Source: Lepidodermella squamata | Lineage: Eukaryota > Animalia > Gastrotricha | Length of the DNA stretch: 64,000 nucleotides | Reading direction: 5' to 3' | Assembly (NCBI GenBank): GCA_047495785.1 | Contig: JBLDXI010000031.1 | Location: 1,922,001-1,986,000, forward strand | In this document: positions 13,551-27,630 of the stretch, in pieces | Layout: each line of letters starts with the position of its first letter | How positions within the stretch are numbered: the stretch's first letter is position 1 | Notes under the pieces: generated by a model | Told to the model about the DNA's origin: nothing | What the model saw: the letters and a program-made list of their open reading frames with translations, nothing else | The model's database searches: none | Position numbers and translations under genes: made by a program

Positions 13551-16500
13551 ATGGCCACTCAGCAGCAGATGAAAAAGACCCGGCAGGAGATGCTGGAAGA
13601 AAAAGAGACTATTACCCGTATTGCCATCGTCAGTGGTGACAAATGCAAGCCGAAGAAGTGCCACCAGGAGTGCAAAAAGTCTTGCCCTGTTAACCGTACC
13701 GGCAAGCAATGCATTGAAGTTGCCCCGGAAGACAAAATTGCTTTTATTTCGGAGACACTGTGCATCGGTTGCGGTATTTGCGTTAAGAAGTGTCCGTTCG
13801 AAGCTATAAATATTATTAACTTACCGACAAATTTGGAGAAGGAAACCGTGCACCGTTACGGACCAAATAGCTTTAAGCTACATCGTCTGCCGGTGCCACG
13901 CCGCGGCGAGGTGCTCGGCTTGGTCGGTACGAACGGTATCGGGAAATCAACGGCACTGAAAGTGCTCGCCGGTAAACTGAAGCCGAATCTCGGTCGTTAT
14001 AAGGAAGCGCCGGACTGGACTGAAATTCTGGCGCATTTCCGCGGCTCTGAGTTGCAAAACTACTTCACGCGGTTGTTGGAAAACAATCTGACGGCTATTA
14101 TCAAGCCGCAGTACGTCGACCAGATTCCGAAGGGTGTTAAAGGCTCGGTGAAGCAGCTGTTGAACAAGAAAGACGAGCGCAAGGTGCAAGACGAATTTAC
14201 GAGAATCTTCGAGTTGGAGAACGTGCTCGACCGCAACGTCGAGGATTTGTCCGGCGGGGAGTTGCAGCGCTTCGCGTGCGCAATGATCTGCATCCAGAAG
14301 GCGGAGATCTACATGTTCGACGAGCCGTCGTCGTACTTGGACGTGAAGCAGCGTCTGCGCGCCGCCACGGGCGTTCGCAAGCTGCTGAGCTCGGACAATT
14401 ACGTGGTGGTCGTTGAGCACGACTTGTCGGTGCTCGACTACCTGTCCGACTACATTTGCATGTTGTACGGTGTGCCGGGCGCGTACGGTGTCGTCACGCT
14501 GCCGTCTGGCGTGCGCGAAGGCATCAACATTTTCCTCGATGGGTTCATCCCGACGGAGAACTTGCGATTCCGCGACGACGCGCTCACGTTCAAGGTGACG
14601 GAGAAAACGGAGGAGGAGGTGAAGAAGCTGCGCAGGTACCGATACCCGAGCATGGTGAAGAAGCTGGGCAATTTCCAGCTGCGCGTCGACGAGGGCGACT
14701 TCACCGACTCTGAAATCGTCGTACTGCTCGGTAAATTCTTTTTATGGGTATTGATAGCTTCACAACATGGCGCTTCATTGAAGTCAGAGTACGATTGAAA
14801 AACTCAGTTGTTTTGCTGGCTATTCAAAATACGAGCCTAAATTGTGTGAATAGAGCCCGCTGCGAGTTATTTTTGTGCCCTGAAATTTTATTTGCTCCGT
14901 AGATCTCCGCAGTAAAATTGACTACATGCACTAGATTTATTGTCGCATTTCTAACCGGTGAATTTGCGCACAACCGTAATCTCCTAGGAGAATATCTCCA
15001 CTGAATTATTCGTTTACAGTTTATAAGTCATTGCCTGTATCAGAAAAGATCTTTTTTCTATTTAACAATTATCAAGTTTAATTTGAGTAAGAAATTGCGA
15101 AACTATGGACAATTTGAAAACTGGACTAAATTGCCGAAAATTCGACGATTTTATAAACTAAAAATATTCCGTTTTTCTGGAAAACTCAGAAGATTTTATG
15201 CTTAAAATTAAGGAATGAATATTTTTCTCTTATTCCCCGTCTCGCTATTCAGGCCGCGTGGCTAATTTTTAGGAATGTCTCGAATGTCTGTGGACCAATA
15301 TTTCGCGAAAATTACTAGTAGTGACGGAAATATGATTAACTCGTATTCCCTAGAATATATGATGCTATTTCGAGAATGATTAGCACTTATCCTTAGAGTG
15401 GCATATTTTGATCGTAGATGAGTGGCAAAATGTTTAAGCCATTTGCCAAAAGACACGAATAGCTTATAGGTCTTTTTCGAAATCGTATGATTGAGTGTCT
15501 TTTTATGCCTATATGAAATACTTTTCAACGGACTATTACTTACTTGTGTACTTGTGATGTGCAGGCGAGAACGGCACGGGGAAAACGACGCTGATTCGGT
15601 TGCTGGCGGGGCAGCTGGAGCCGGACGAGGGCGAGAAGCCGCCGGTGATGAACATCTCGTACAAGCCGCAGAAGATCTCGCCCAAGTCGGTGACGTCGGT
15701 GCGCGTGCTGTTCCACGAGAAGATCCGCGACTCGTACTCGCACCCGCAGTTCATCACCGACGTCATCAAGCCGCTGCAGATCGAGGAGTTGTACGACCGC
15801 GAGATCCAGACGTTGTCTGGTGGTGAGTTGCAACGCGTCGCCATGACCCTGTGCCTCGGCAAGCCCGCCGACGTGTACCTCATCGACGAGCCGAGCGCGT
15901 ACCTCGACTCGGAGCAGCGTCTCCACGCCGCCAAGGTCATCAAGCGGTGAGTTTTCACTCCACACTTAATTCATTCCTCTTTAAAAACTAACACCTACTC
16001 TCTCACTTTGACTGTAGCGGAACCAAATTATGGAATTTTTAATAGGCCTAAAACCACCTTTCGGAACTTTCAAGGATGTCATGATTGATCAGCATAAAAT
16101 TCTGCATCCTTCACTTCGGAATTCGTACATTGCCTTGATTTATTCGAAAAGCGACCTTTTGCTCATCTAAAATTGTCTTCTGAACATAGCAGAATTTGGT
16201 TCCGCTTAAAGCTAAAAGATATTCAGTTTTTTCTGGGCACCTACAAGGAAAGTTTCTCTTGTTTGTCCCAAATAGACTTTCCTTTGATCATTTCTTCGTA
16301 TTGTCTTTCTTGATAGCTTCAAAATCTCGCCGATTTTTTTGAAATTTAGTTATTCAAGTCGATTTTCTGAACCTTGATCTCTTACTCCCCTCTTTCTTTT
16401 TATCGAGCTTTTCGTCTTTTTGAGTTTTACAATGCTGACTTTTCATCGGTATAACAATCAACGTTTAGAGTCTTGGTCACATGAATGATTTAGTACTGAA

Positions 16501-17794
16501 GCTCCGCCCACTTCGATGCTTCGCTCGAAAACACGGCTCGAAATTTGACGCTGGACTGTGAGAATATTCTAGCATTTATTTGCATGCTTTCATGCCACAA
16601 CGTTGTGGATTTTTCGACTTGGCGATGCATAGCTTTCGCAGCTTCTGCTAAGGTTTTTTACTTGCAGCTGTTTTCCCGGCGGTGTCTTAGCAAAAATAGG
16701 TGAATTCTCGTGAAGTTTAGCATGGGTGCGTGTTATCTGCATAGGCTGTTGTGATGATTTCGCGTTGACTTTTCCGCTGTTTATTTAAGCTGCTCGCTCA
16801 TCTTCACCGCATCGCATCATGTTAGAACCACCACTGTATTCTGGTCAGTCAGCTATCTAATTGTCGGGTAAAATCGAGTTGAACATTCAAATACTTGGTG
16901 GCTATGCATTGACTGTAAGTTGCAGCCACAGTTGAAGATGTCTGTTCAAGCAATTCGCACCTAGTCATTCGTAGATTTGTTGCGCGGTGGGGCCATCTTC
17001 GTCTGACTCTGGCTTGAAAATAGTCTTGGCAATTCAAGCTTATCTTATTCGAAACAATGCCGCTGCAATCGATTATGCGTAAAATCAATCATTGATGAAT
17101 ATTCACGCAGAATTATTTATGCGCCCATAGATTTGCTGCGCGATTCGAAAACGTACCTCGCACCATTTTCGCCCTCTACTATTCGACACTATTGTGTCTT
17201 ACTTTCCTTAAAATTGTCCGCATGAACCACTTTCAGCATTTCTTTAGGGATTGTTTACCCGCGTTGATCTTAATTTTCCATAAAAAACTGCAATGAATTT
17301 TGACGAAGCCATCATCATCTTACATTACCTATCGTTAACAAATAATTTCTCTCGATTATTGTCTTGAGCCGAGGGCTCTTTCTATTATTGTCAATCGCAA
17401 AATTGTTGTAAAAATGGCCTTTTAGTGCCATATCTCTCCGTCTTTAATCCGTTGCTCGACAAGTATGGAGAAAGTCAATCGAATCAATGTTTGTGATTTG
17501 TGTTCATCCAGGTTCATTTTGCACGCGAAGCGGACGGCGTTTGTGGTGGAGCACGACTTCATCATGGCGACGTACCTGGCGGACCGCGTCGTCGTGTTCG
17601 ACGGGCAGCCGTCGATCAACGCGACGGCGTCGAAGCCGCAGGCGCTCGTCGACGGCATGAACCGCTTCCTCAAGTCGCTCGACATCACGTTCCGCCGCGA
17701 CCCGACGTCGTACCGCCCGCGCATCAACAAGCTCGACTCGGTGAAGGACGTCGAGCAGAAAAAGTCGGGCAACTTCTTCTTCCTCGAGGAATAA
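13551..17794 (+). CDS. ABCE1: ATP-binding cassette sub-family E member 1 (ribosome recycling factor, RLI1)
   Basis: Exons 13551-14730, 15565-15946 and 17512-17794. Fe-S domain (CKPKKC..C...[14 protein letters not shown]), two Walker A motifs ([16 protein letters not shown]), two LSGGELQR signatures and C-terminal [27 protein letters not shown]. Confidence 0.98.
16013..16224 (+). repeat. Dispersed intronic repeat with GCGGAACCAAAT inverted repeats (copy A)
   Basis: AGCGGAACCAAATT...AATTTGGTTCCGCT. Homologous to the reverse complement of 37744-37897. Confidence 0.7.
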
Positions 17795-19956
17795 CAAGCA
17801 GCAGCAGCAGTCGTCACACGGCGAATGGCTCTCGCAGTATTGAATCGTGAATCATGAATGAATAAGGAGAAGAAGAAGAGCAGCAGTTGTTTTTTTGGGG
17901 CTTCTGGGTTGATACATATAGAAAAATGCCAAAAAATACATATTATAGATGAATGTGACGTGATGTATTGTGAATTATTGTAAAAGTTGAAGGCCAAGCC
18001 GAGGCGACGTCCATAACTCGCTCGCCGACAACACCAGATCAGCATCAGCAAAAGTTGTGGTGGATAAAAGATAGTAATAATGTTCATTACACTTTGTTTG
18101 TGTTTTTTCTTACTACAACTCGCTGCCGCCGCGGCGACAACGACTGTGTTTTTTCAATCGGTTCTTGCTTTTCATTTGGTTTCCTTTTATCAATTCTAGG
18201 CTTTCTGTTAAATTATCTGTAAAACAACTGCTGCTGTTCGAGAGGCCACCAACGAACGAACGAGTGAAATATGTCATCATCTGTAACGACTGACGAAAAT
18301 TCGTACGAGGCTCAACTCAAGGCCGCTGTTAGTTTTTTCAATTGAACAAACTTCTTTTTTTAGCTGAACAAAAAAAAGAAATTCGAATGAATTCTTATCA
18401 AATTTGTATTGTACAGAATGAAGAAAATTGTCTCAAAAAATGAGCTGCTGCTCGTTTCAAATATTTGAGAAAAGGGGTGTGGTTTATTTCTCAAATTTGA
18501 GAAATAAAACCAGCTGAGCCACCTGTAAGCCATCTGAACAAACGAATTGTAGTTATGGTAGAAACAACTAGCTTGAATATTTATTATGAGAGAATAGCCG
18601 CATATATCTATAGCATGTGACCAACAACTCGATGATGATGAGCAAACTTGGTATAAATTTATATTAAAATGCTGCCTAATCCCATTTGTACTAACGAATT
18701 TTCACAATTGTGCGATAGTTTATATTCGAACCTATATCTGGAGTTGTCCTACTTTTTTAGGCAACCCCGATCGACGTTAACTTTCGCGTGTGACCTCGCG
18801 TCTGTCTGCCGTGATGATGTGCGCTAATGCTAATGAATTCGCAAAAAAGGCGTCCCAATAACGAACCGCATTTGCATAAAACGTGAACTTGTATCAGTTT
18901 TGTGCCATTGAAGCGCTTCTAACGCTTGTAACGAGCAGTAGGTAGGTAGTAAGTATCGACAATAAACAACCAAAAACGCGTGTTGACGAATACTTTTTTG
19001 AAATGTGCACGCATTTGGTTTCATTTTGATACCTACTTACTACGTATGTATATATATAGGCAGTATAGTATCGCTCGTGCATTTTTGCGTCATTTTATTT
19101 ACTCTTGAAGTGTTATTACTGTGGTGAACGTAGAGTTAAGGTTTCGTCCACCGCTGCCGTGTACACGTACCGTGTATACTACCGATGCCATGTTTATTGC
19201 TGCTGCTGCTACGGCTGTTGATGCGAGTTGGCTTTGTACTTGCCGAGCCTGCTTCTTCTAATAGCAGTAGTAATTGCTCGCTGCATGTCGTCTAGTTCAC
19301 ATTTGCGGCGACAATTCCTTGGCTTCTCGGAAGACAAAAAGTCTTGTGTTGTTTTGGCGTGTGCTATCTTACAACAGCTCTTGCATTAGCCTGGCTTTCT
19401 CCTTATACCTAATTTGGCCTCTCTTTTACTACACACGCTATAAATGTTAGGTATTGTGCATTTTTTCCGTATTGCTCCGTCTTGCTATCGGTGTGCCAAG
19501 TAGTTCACAATTTTCTGAGGTGAAATTTCAGAAAAATAGGAAGATCGCAACTTCATTGAGTCATTAGTATCAAATTCCGCATGTTACATTATGAGCAACT
19601 TTTCAGTCTGGTTGCCATCTTATCGCGTTCGAATCTCCACAATACAAGATTTTTTCGTCAATTCTAGCCAGAAATTTCAAATATTGAGTTGTGGAAGTTG
19701 GAAGGTTCAGCTGTTCTAGTTATATATAACGAAGTTTGCTGGGCCTAATTAGCCCGTATCTCGCCGTTTTACGAAATTTAATGAATTTTACCTTAATACA
19801 ATTCTGGTTTTTCGAAGCTCAATTCGGATTAATGAACTTGACTGTATTCAATTTAAGAGCTTTCAACAAATTTATTAGAAACGTAAAGTTTTAAGGTCCA
19901 GAAGTTATTGAATTGGTTGAATACTCATATAATTGTTGTTGTTGTCGTTGTTGTAG

Positions 19957-22900
19957 AGCCAGGCGATTGCGAGTTTGGAAGCCGAGTTGGCGGCTGGGCG
20001 AGTGGGCGGCAGTGATTCGGCATCATCGCCGGCGGACCCCGAAGTCGAGAAGCTGGTGCTGGAGAACGCGAAGCTGCTGAACCGCATCCAGCACCTGTCG
20101 GCGGCGCTGGCGGCCGAGGAGCGCGTGTTCGCGACGCACTCGCCCAACGTGCACGCCGCCCTCACGCAGGCCTTCTCCATCGCCATCTGGCGCGCCTTCC
20201 CGCAACTGGCGCCGCCGCCGCCCGCCGCCGCCGCTGTCTCGCGCCCGGCCAAGGAGTCCTTCGGCGACTACCAGTGCACGTCCGCCATGTCCATCGCCGC
20301 GCAGCTCAAGCAGGCCGAAGGTAATACATACATTTACGACTTGACACCTTGGCGTAAAAAATCGAACCGCATTACCGATATTCGGTGAGAGATGAGCCTG
20401 CGAAATTTGAAAAAATAATTGCAAAAACTCTCTATATCGGGCTCAAGATTTCGAGCCAGCTTCTTGAAAATGTCTCTGGATAATTGATAGATATAATTTT
20501 CCATTTCGGCGTGAATTCTTAACGTTTTTTTGAAAAATTATCATGATTTGGAATTCAAAAGCCGGACCGAAATGTTGTTAAATTTTGTTGTGATGTTATC
20601 AATTTTTTCTTAGCTAAATCAGAATAAGGTTTAAAAGCTGCAATTTTAGAAAATTCAATAAAAATGGATTCCTTTTATTTTGCTGCGAAAACATATGCAA
20701 CGCTCGAGTAAAAATTTTAAAATTTGAATTTAAAATTAAGAAAAAAATGAATATGGTAAAAACATGCCACTACAACTCATGAAAGAAATTCTTATACCTG
20801 GATTCGCCAATTGTGACGGATTATAGCATTATTTAATGAACTATGTATTTTTGCATTATTATAGGCCGAGCAGTGAGCCCGAAGGAGGTGGCCGAGCGGA
20901 TAATCGCGCACCTGCCAGACGTGGGCATCGTGGAGAAGGCGGAGGTGACGGGGCCGGGGTTCATCAGCGTGATGACGCAGCGCGGCTTCTCTGCCGGCGT
21001 GGTGACGCGCATGCTGCTGGGCGGCGTGCAACCGCCGGCGTGCGCGCGGCGCCTGCGCATCGTCGTCGACTACTCGTCGCCGAACGTCGCCAAGGACATG
21101 CACGTCGGGCACCTGCGCTCGACGATCATCGGCGACGCGATCGCGCGGTTGTTGCGCTTCGCCGGCCACGACGTGCTCGGCGTCAACCACATCGGCGACT
21201 GGGGCACGCAGTTCGGCATGCTGATTGCGCACCTGCGCGACGTCTACCCCGACTACCTGACGGCGCCGCCGCCGCAGCTCGACGTCGCCAACCTGCAAGA
21301 CTTCTACAAGGTCAGTTGATTCCTCCTCTTTCTTCCACTCTCTCTCGACTCTTCCAATTATCTTCCTTTTATAGCCAATTTCCTCGTCTTTGAGTCATCG
21401 ACGCGAGCCAATCAGTTTTCAACCGATTTAGGGTTTAAAAGGCCAACTTTTTGTTTTGTTTTGTTTTGAAGAGTGCGCAAATGAATTGTTAGTACAATCA
21501 AGGCGCGACTCAGTCTCTCTGGAAATTTAACGTAGGAACCAGATGAAATTTTTACTAACGTCCACCCCAGTTGAAGAAAGAAAATCACTAACCTCACGTT
21601 TTTAAGCTGAGATTTTTCAGCCGCCTCAGCCTCCGATAAGACTTTGCTTCTGTAGTTTGGTTGAGCATACGTATTCTCCGTAGGATGAGCTGATTTTCAT
21701 CCGGTAGTTTTTCAATTTCCAGGTCGTGTAGCTGTCGACTAGAACTTGTACGTCGTATTTCGATGCCATGGCTGAAAAGGCACGTGCGTTTTAGAACGAA
21801 AAGTTCCGGCTACATACTTATTATATTGATGACACATTTTTCTCGATTTTTCGATTTGTTGCGGAATTTCGTCTTTTTATTAGCATGTATTAATGGCACA
21901 TGGCAGCAGTGCCTAGAATTTCCCAGGCAAATGTGATGTGACAACCCGAAAATCGGGTTATTGAAGATGTTATAAGATGTTAGTTAGGTATACTGAAACC
22001 TGCTGCAATGTACTAATATCGGATAAAGTTTGTCTTATTTATTTCGATTTCGAATGCGACGATGCCTCTGATTTACAAACTGAGGCAAATTACAGTAATT
22101 GGAGTTGATTTCTTCGTGCTACAACAACAGACAATTATTATTATATTGCCCAGGTCTCACAAAATGGCAGTGCGCATGCGAAAGAGTCCCTGAATAGTGA
22201 CTGTTGTTTTATCAAGTCTCCATTTAGAAGGCCATTTCCAAACTTGATCACCCGATCACTCCGTCGTTTGAAAGTTTGAAATTCCAGTCTTTCCCCTTGT
22301 TGCAGTTGTTGTCTGAAAGGCTGCATCTAGCTTTTAATCTAAACTTTGACTAAACAGCATTCGACAGGATTCTTGGATCCTTTCTAGTGTAGAAACGACC
22401 ACATCGTCTGATTGTGGTCCAACACAGATCCCATGGACTCGACAGCAGATTTGCAGTTGCTCTTTAAAGCACTCTTTTTAGATAAAATGCCGTGAAATCT
22501 TATAGTCCTTCTTACTGTGATGCGGTATTCATAAGCTGGTACAGATCTACATACATTGAATTGGTTTTGCAGGCGTCTAAGAAGCGGTTCGACGAGGACG
22601 AGGCGTTCAAGAAGCGGGCGTACGACGCGGTGGTGCGGCTGCAGTCACACGAGCCCGAGTACCTGCGCGCGTGGCGGGCCATCTGCGCCGTGTCCGAGGC
22701 GGCGTTCACGCGCATCTACGAGCGGCTGAACGTGTCGCAGCTGGAGGTGCGCGGCGAGTCGACGTACCAGCAGCCGATGGTGGCGCTCGTCGACGAGCTG
22801 AAGGCGCGCGGCAATGGGCTACTCGTCGAGGAAGACGGCCGGCTGTTGCTGTTCGCCGACGGCGCGCCCGTGCCGCTCACGATGGTGAAGTCGGACGGCG

Positions 22901-25900
22901 GCTTCACGTACGACACGTCGGACATGGCGGCGCTGCGGTGGCGCGTCGACACGGACAAGGCCGACTGGGTGCTCTACGTCGTCGACAACGGCCAGGCCGT
23001 TCACTTTCAGGTTCGTTTTTCTTTGCAAGAATTATTATTGCTGTTTTCATTAACCCACGAATTGAAACTTCTCGGAATGTCAATTCGAATTCTCAAAGAC
23101 TGAACCTATTAGCTATGAAACTCTCCATGTCCTATTGTGCCACTTATAGCGAGCGAGCAAATTAGTAGCGAACTTTCCTTAAGTATATCACGAACTTGTC
23201 TTGCCAACAAATTGTTCAGAACGGAAATCAAGCTGATGGTGGTGAACTAATTTCCCGTAAAATTTTACCTGCAACATTTTTTAATGAGAAATGCCGCCTT
23301 CGACGATGAGCAGATAGTAAAAAGTTATCTTTACGTTTTTGTCCGTAATCGAACGTTTTCACCTCGAAATCACGTGATGACCTAGTTGTACTATGAATCA
23401 CAGCTGACAAAAAGTAGGTCACGGCTGGCTAATGATGAGCATCTTGAAACTAGCTACTTTTTGCGAGATGAAGCCAGTTTTTTGCGATTATTAGTCGTCG
23501 TTGTTATAAGCTGGCTTCATCGATAGATACCTGACTTAGGTTTTAGGAACCTTAGGACACAGTCAAATTTAGTGTCTGCTCGATAAACGCTTTTCATTTA
23601 CAAAAATGTATGCCTTAATGTGTTTGGTTTGTTTCGATTTTGCCTCACTTGGAATTTAGCGCATACAAGTAGTAGGTAGGAGACTGATGGGAAAAACCCT
23701 ACTTACGTGACCTATTTGTTGGCGAAAAACGGACTACCTAAAATTATCTGCCAGTGTTGTGATGACGCAAATCGCGCGGCTGTTAACAATTAAACTTCTG
23801 GCTTTTAAACCGTAGAAATTTTGCACTTGATAAACAAGCTTCTTAAGTCCTCTCATTTGCACTTTGTAGTACGTGGATGACGGTTTTTCCTTGTATTGTC
23901 GAATTGTCGAAACTGAACGTGTTGTTTTGAATTCGTGGCGGCGTGTTTTTTGCCTTGATTATTATAGCCTCATTTTTATTCAGGGTTTGACTCTTAACCA
24001 ACAGCTTCTAAACAGCTCTAAGCAGTTGACGGCAGTTCTTCCGTGTATAAAACTGTTGAGCATGACCGTGTTTTTTTCTGCCTAAATTATTATTAGCCTC
24101 ATTTTTATTGTCAAGTTTGGACGGTAATTTATTTACATCACCTACTCTTAAATCTGTATTGCAGTCGTTGTTTGCTGGCGCGAAGAAGGCCGGGCTGTTC
24201 GACGCGTCGCGGCACCGTCTCGAACACGTCGGCTTCGGCGTCGTGCTCGACGAGAACAAGAAGAAGTTCAAGTCGCGGTCGGGCGACACGGTGAAGCTGG
24301 CGGAGCTGCTGGACGAGGGCCAGAAGCGCGCGCTCGACAAGCTGGTCGAGAAGGGCCGCGACAAGGAGTTGACGCGCGACGAGCTGGAGGCGGCGCGCGA
24401 TGCCGTCGCGTACGGCTGCATCAAGTACGCGGATCTGCGCACGTGCCGCACGTCGGACTACGTGTTCTCGTTCGACCGCATGCTCGACGACCGCGGCAAC
24501 ACGGCCGTGTACCTGCTCTACGCCTACACGCGCATCAGGCAAGTTCACACAATCATCTATAATCAATGTAATTGCGGGGCAATACGGCTCCGCATGGAAC
24601 ACGCCTTGAAATTGTTTGTTAAATCAACGCATTGCGAGTTGCGTAATTACGTACGAGCCAATTCATGAAATTGAACCTAAATCTGACGAATTTCATGGCT
24701 GCCGATTTGGCGTTGAATTTTCTCAATAGCCGTAGTATTATTATCGTATTCAAGCCCGGAGGCTTTATTCCGAGAGGGATTTCTGATCGATAGTGATAAA
24801 ATCGGCATTAAAATCTGCGGAGGGCACTCACATTGAAGGCGCTCAGCATGTTCACATGTTGTGTGCATTTCAATTTTCAATGCTATTTGGTATATTATTG
24901 TCTTTCGCGTTACTCTCAGCTACGCACTCTAGTTTTTTCATGGTTTCAAATATTTGCCAACCGTTTTGTTTTTCGATCTCGAATTTTCGATTTTGCTTGT
25001 TGAATCAATCCTTGTTGAGCATAGAGCTGTCTTATCTATGATAATTATTTTAAAGCTTCAAGAATGCCAGAAGTAGGCCAGTGTTCGAAAAACTGTGCGA
25101 TTGGCCGTCAATTTCGCAGTGTCAAGGTCGTTGATATGAAAGAGGTTAATGCCGACGGCGTGCGTTTATTGAATGCGTGGCCTGGCCTTGAATAAGCCCC
25201 GGCTGTGCTTCGATATTCCCGTTTCCTATATTAACAACGTACCATCTCATTTTTCCAATCATTTCTAGCTGTTGAGTGATAGGCGCGTTATATTTGTTTA
25301 TTTCTACTATCAAATTTATTCTCGTAGCTCTCGCAACAATTCAAGTTGCCCTTGTTGCCTCTTGGAGAAACTGGGTCACATGAGTATGAATTGGTTTCAA
25401 CTTCTAATGAAAGTTGCTCTACGCGGTGTGATACCTATATCGAATTGCTTACTACTTGGTTTTATTTTCGTCGCGAAGCTAATTGCGCGATGCGTATTCG
25501 ATGCGTCTCCCTTCACGCGAGTCCTCAAGCGCGAGAAGTGGCTGCGCATGCAATCATCACTTGAACGACGCTGTTATTTCTCATGCTAAATAGGTGCGAT
25601 GATCACCTGAGGCCTGAGGATACCTGCTGTGAACGGGGCAAAATAGCGCACGTCAGCCATGGGATTGTCTTATGAACCGTTACATTGCCTATTTCCAACA
25701 TTTCATTATCAATTATCAATTAGCTTATGTTTTTTTGATGCTCTCAGTATAGAGTGAGTTGTCTATATAGATAAACTTTTTCTTAAACGGACGATACTCG
25801 GCGACTCGTTATGACACTTATGCTGCTTGTTACATTTAATTCGGACTGATTGATGTTCTAAAGTGAACCAATTGCGGCGGGGTTCAAGTCCCATTTTCTG

Positions 25901-27630
25901 GGAATTTACAAAAGTATCAGGGTAAACTCGTGCGACTTGAGTCGGAACGAGAAAATGAAGGTCGTAAGCTCTCTGAACAAGGATGAGAGTGTCGGTGCTG
26001 ATGGTTTGTCCGACTTTTCACGTATTGCAAGTTCAGGATTTCAGCTGTGGCGGTTGCCAGGCGATCTCCTCATTCCGCCCATTTTTTTGTACCTGCTTGC
26101 CCTTGCTATGTCCCACACATTTTTGCGTGGATGAATACTTGGTCATTTTGATAGAGCTTAGCTGTTTAATTGACCGCATCTTTACATTTCCGCGCCGTTT
26201 GGCTTAAAATCTTGCCGAAAGGCAATGCAACGAAGCTTGGCGAATTGATGATTAAGTACTGATTCGAAAATTAGGATAAGACTAATAATTGCCTTAATTT
26301 GTTGTTTTAGTCGCCCACTTTGGACATGTCCGCTTGTCCGCAATTTAATTACATGTGTGTCATAACTCGCCAAAAATTTGGCTTTTTTTAGTTGCGAATA
26401 GGCCTGAGATATCTGAAAGCTGGTTTCTATTAGGCGGAATGCTCAACTTGGCATTTTCGACGTCGAATAGCTGCTGCCTGCGTCTGTGGGTAAATCGATC
26501 ATGCGAGTTAGAATCATCTCGAATTATCTCATGCATAACTTTATTACCCGTATCGTGTCCGCTGCGTCTTAATAAGTGATAGGTAATAATAATAATAATA
26601 ATGATAACTAAGAAATTGACCTGGAAAAAACGCCTTTGCGATTATTGCTGTCGCGTGACTTGTTGACTGCGCAGACACGCACACTCTTGATTGGAATTTT
26701 CGTTAAATTGTTTGCGCCACGGTCACAATCACTGGAGACATTTTGTCTCGACAAATTGCCAGCGACGTTGTAGCGTAATTGGAGGCACAAATAGAAAAAG
26801 AGTTTTAACCCGTGACAAAGCAATTAGGAAGTTCAAATTTGCAGTTTATCCAACAATTTCTTAGGAAAAGGAAATTCCGTAAAGGCGGGCACGGGGTGGG
26901 AAAGGATTCTGTGAGGCTTTAAAAGTTGATAACTCGTCTAGGATGCAGGATACTCGCCTGATGTGTGTGATTAGATTCATAAAAGATGTGTTTGAAAATG
27001 TCTTGAACTTCACTCGCCCTGAAATGAACATCGTCTAATTTTAGCTTTCTGTTCCTGCACTTGATATTGAGGTGCAACATTGGGAATTGAATTTCCGAAT
27101 GTAATAGTAAAAATGTGCACACACCATGTGAACATTGATTTCAAAAATCAGTTCTTGTCCAAAATCATTGCCACTTTGATGTTTCGATTGATTTTACTTG
27201 CAATAATGCGTTTCTACGGAATACCGTTTTGCTATAACTTGTGTGTTTCTGTTATGTTTTGGTCGACAGGTCGATCGCTCGGTTGGCGGGCGTGTCGCCG
27301 GCGCAGATTCGCGAGGCGGTGGCGTGTGGCGCGGCGACGGTGCCGGTTGAGCACGCGGCCGAGTGGCGGCTGGCGAAGACGGTCTCGCGATTCGGCGAAG
27401 TGGTGGCCCAGGCCACGGTGGACTTGTACGTGCACCCGCTGTGCGACCTGGCGTACGACATCGCGTGCGCCTTCACCGAGTTCTACGACCACTGCTACTG
27501 CGTGCGCAAGGACGAGAGCGGGCGCGTCGTCGACGTGAACATGGGCCGGCTCGCGCTCCTCGAAGTCACCGCCAACGTCCTGCAGACCATCTTCGACATT
27601 TTGGGCATGCGCACCGTGTCGCGCATGTAA
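19957..27630 (+). CDS. RARS1: Cytoplasmic arginyl-tRNA synthetase with the metazoan N-terminal coiled-coil extension (start exon not located)
   Basis: Exons 19957-20320, 20865-21310, 22573-23010, 24165-24538 and 27270-27630. Motifs [70 protein letters not shown] and [19 protein letters not shown]. Confidence 0.96.

Noticed and set aside
19590-19704. Candidate first coding exon of RARS1 (MSNFSVW...)
   Set aside because: The phase fits, but the donor is weak and there is no similarity or codon bias; start left unresolved.
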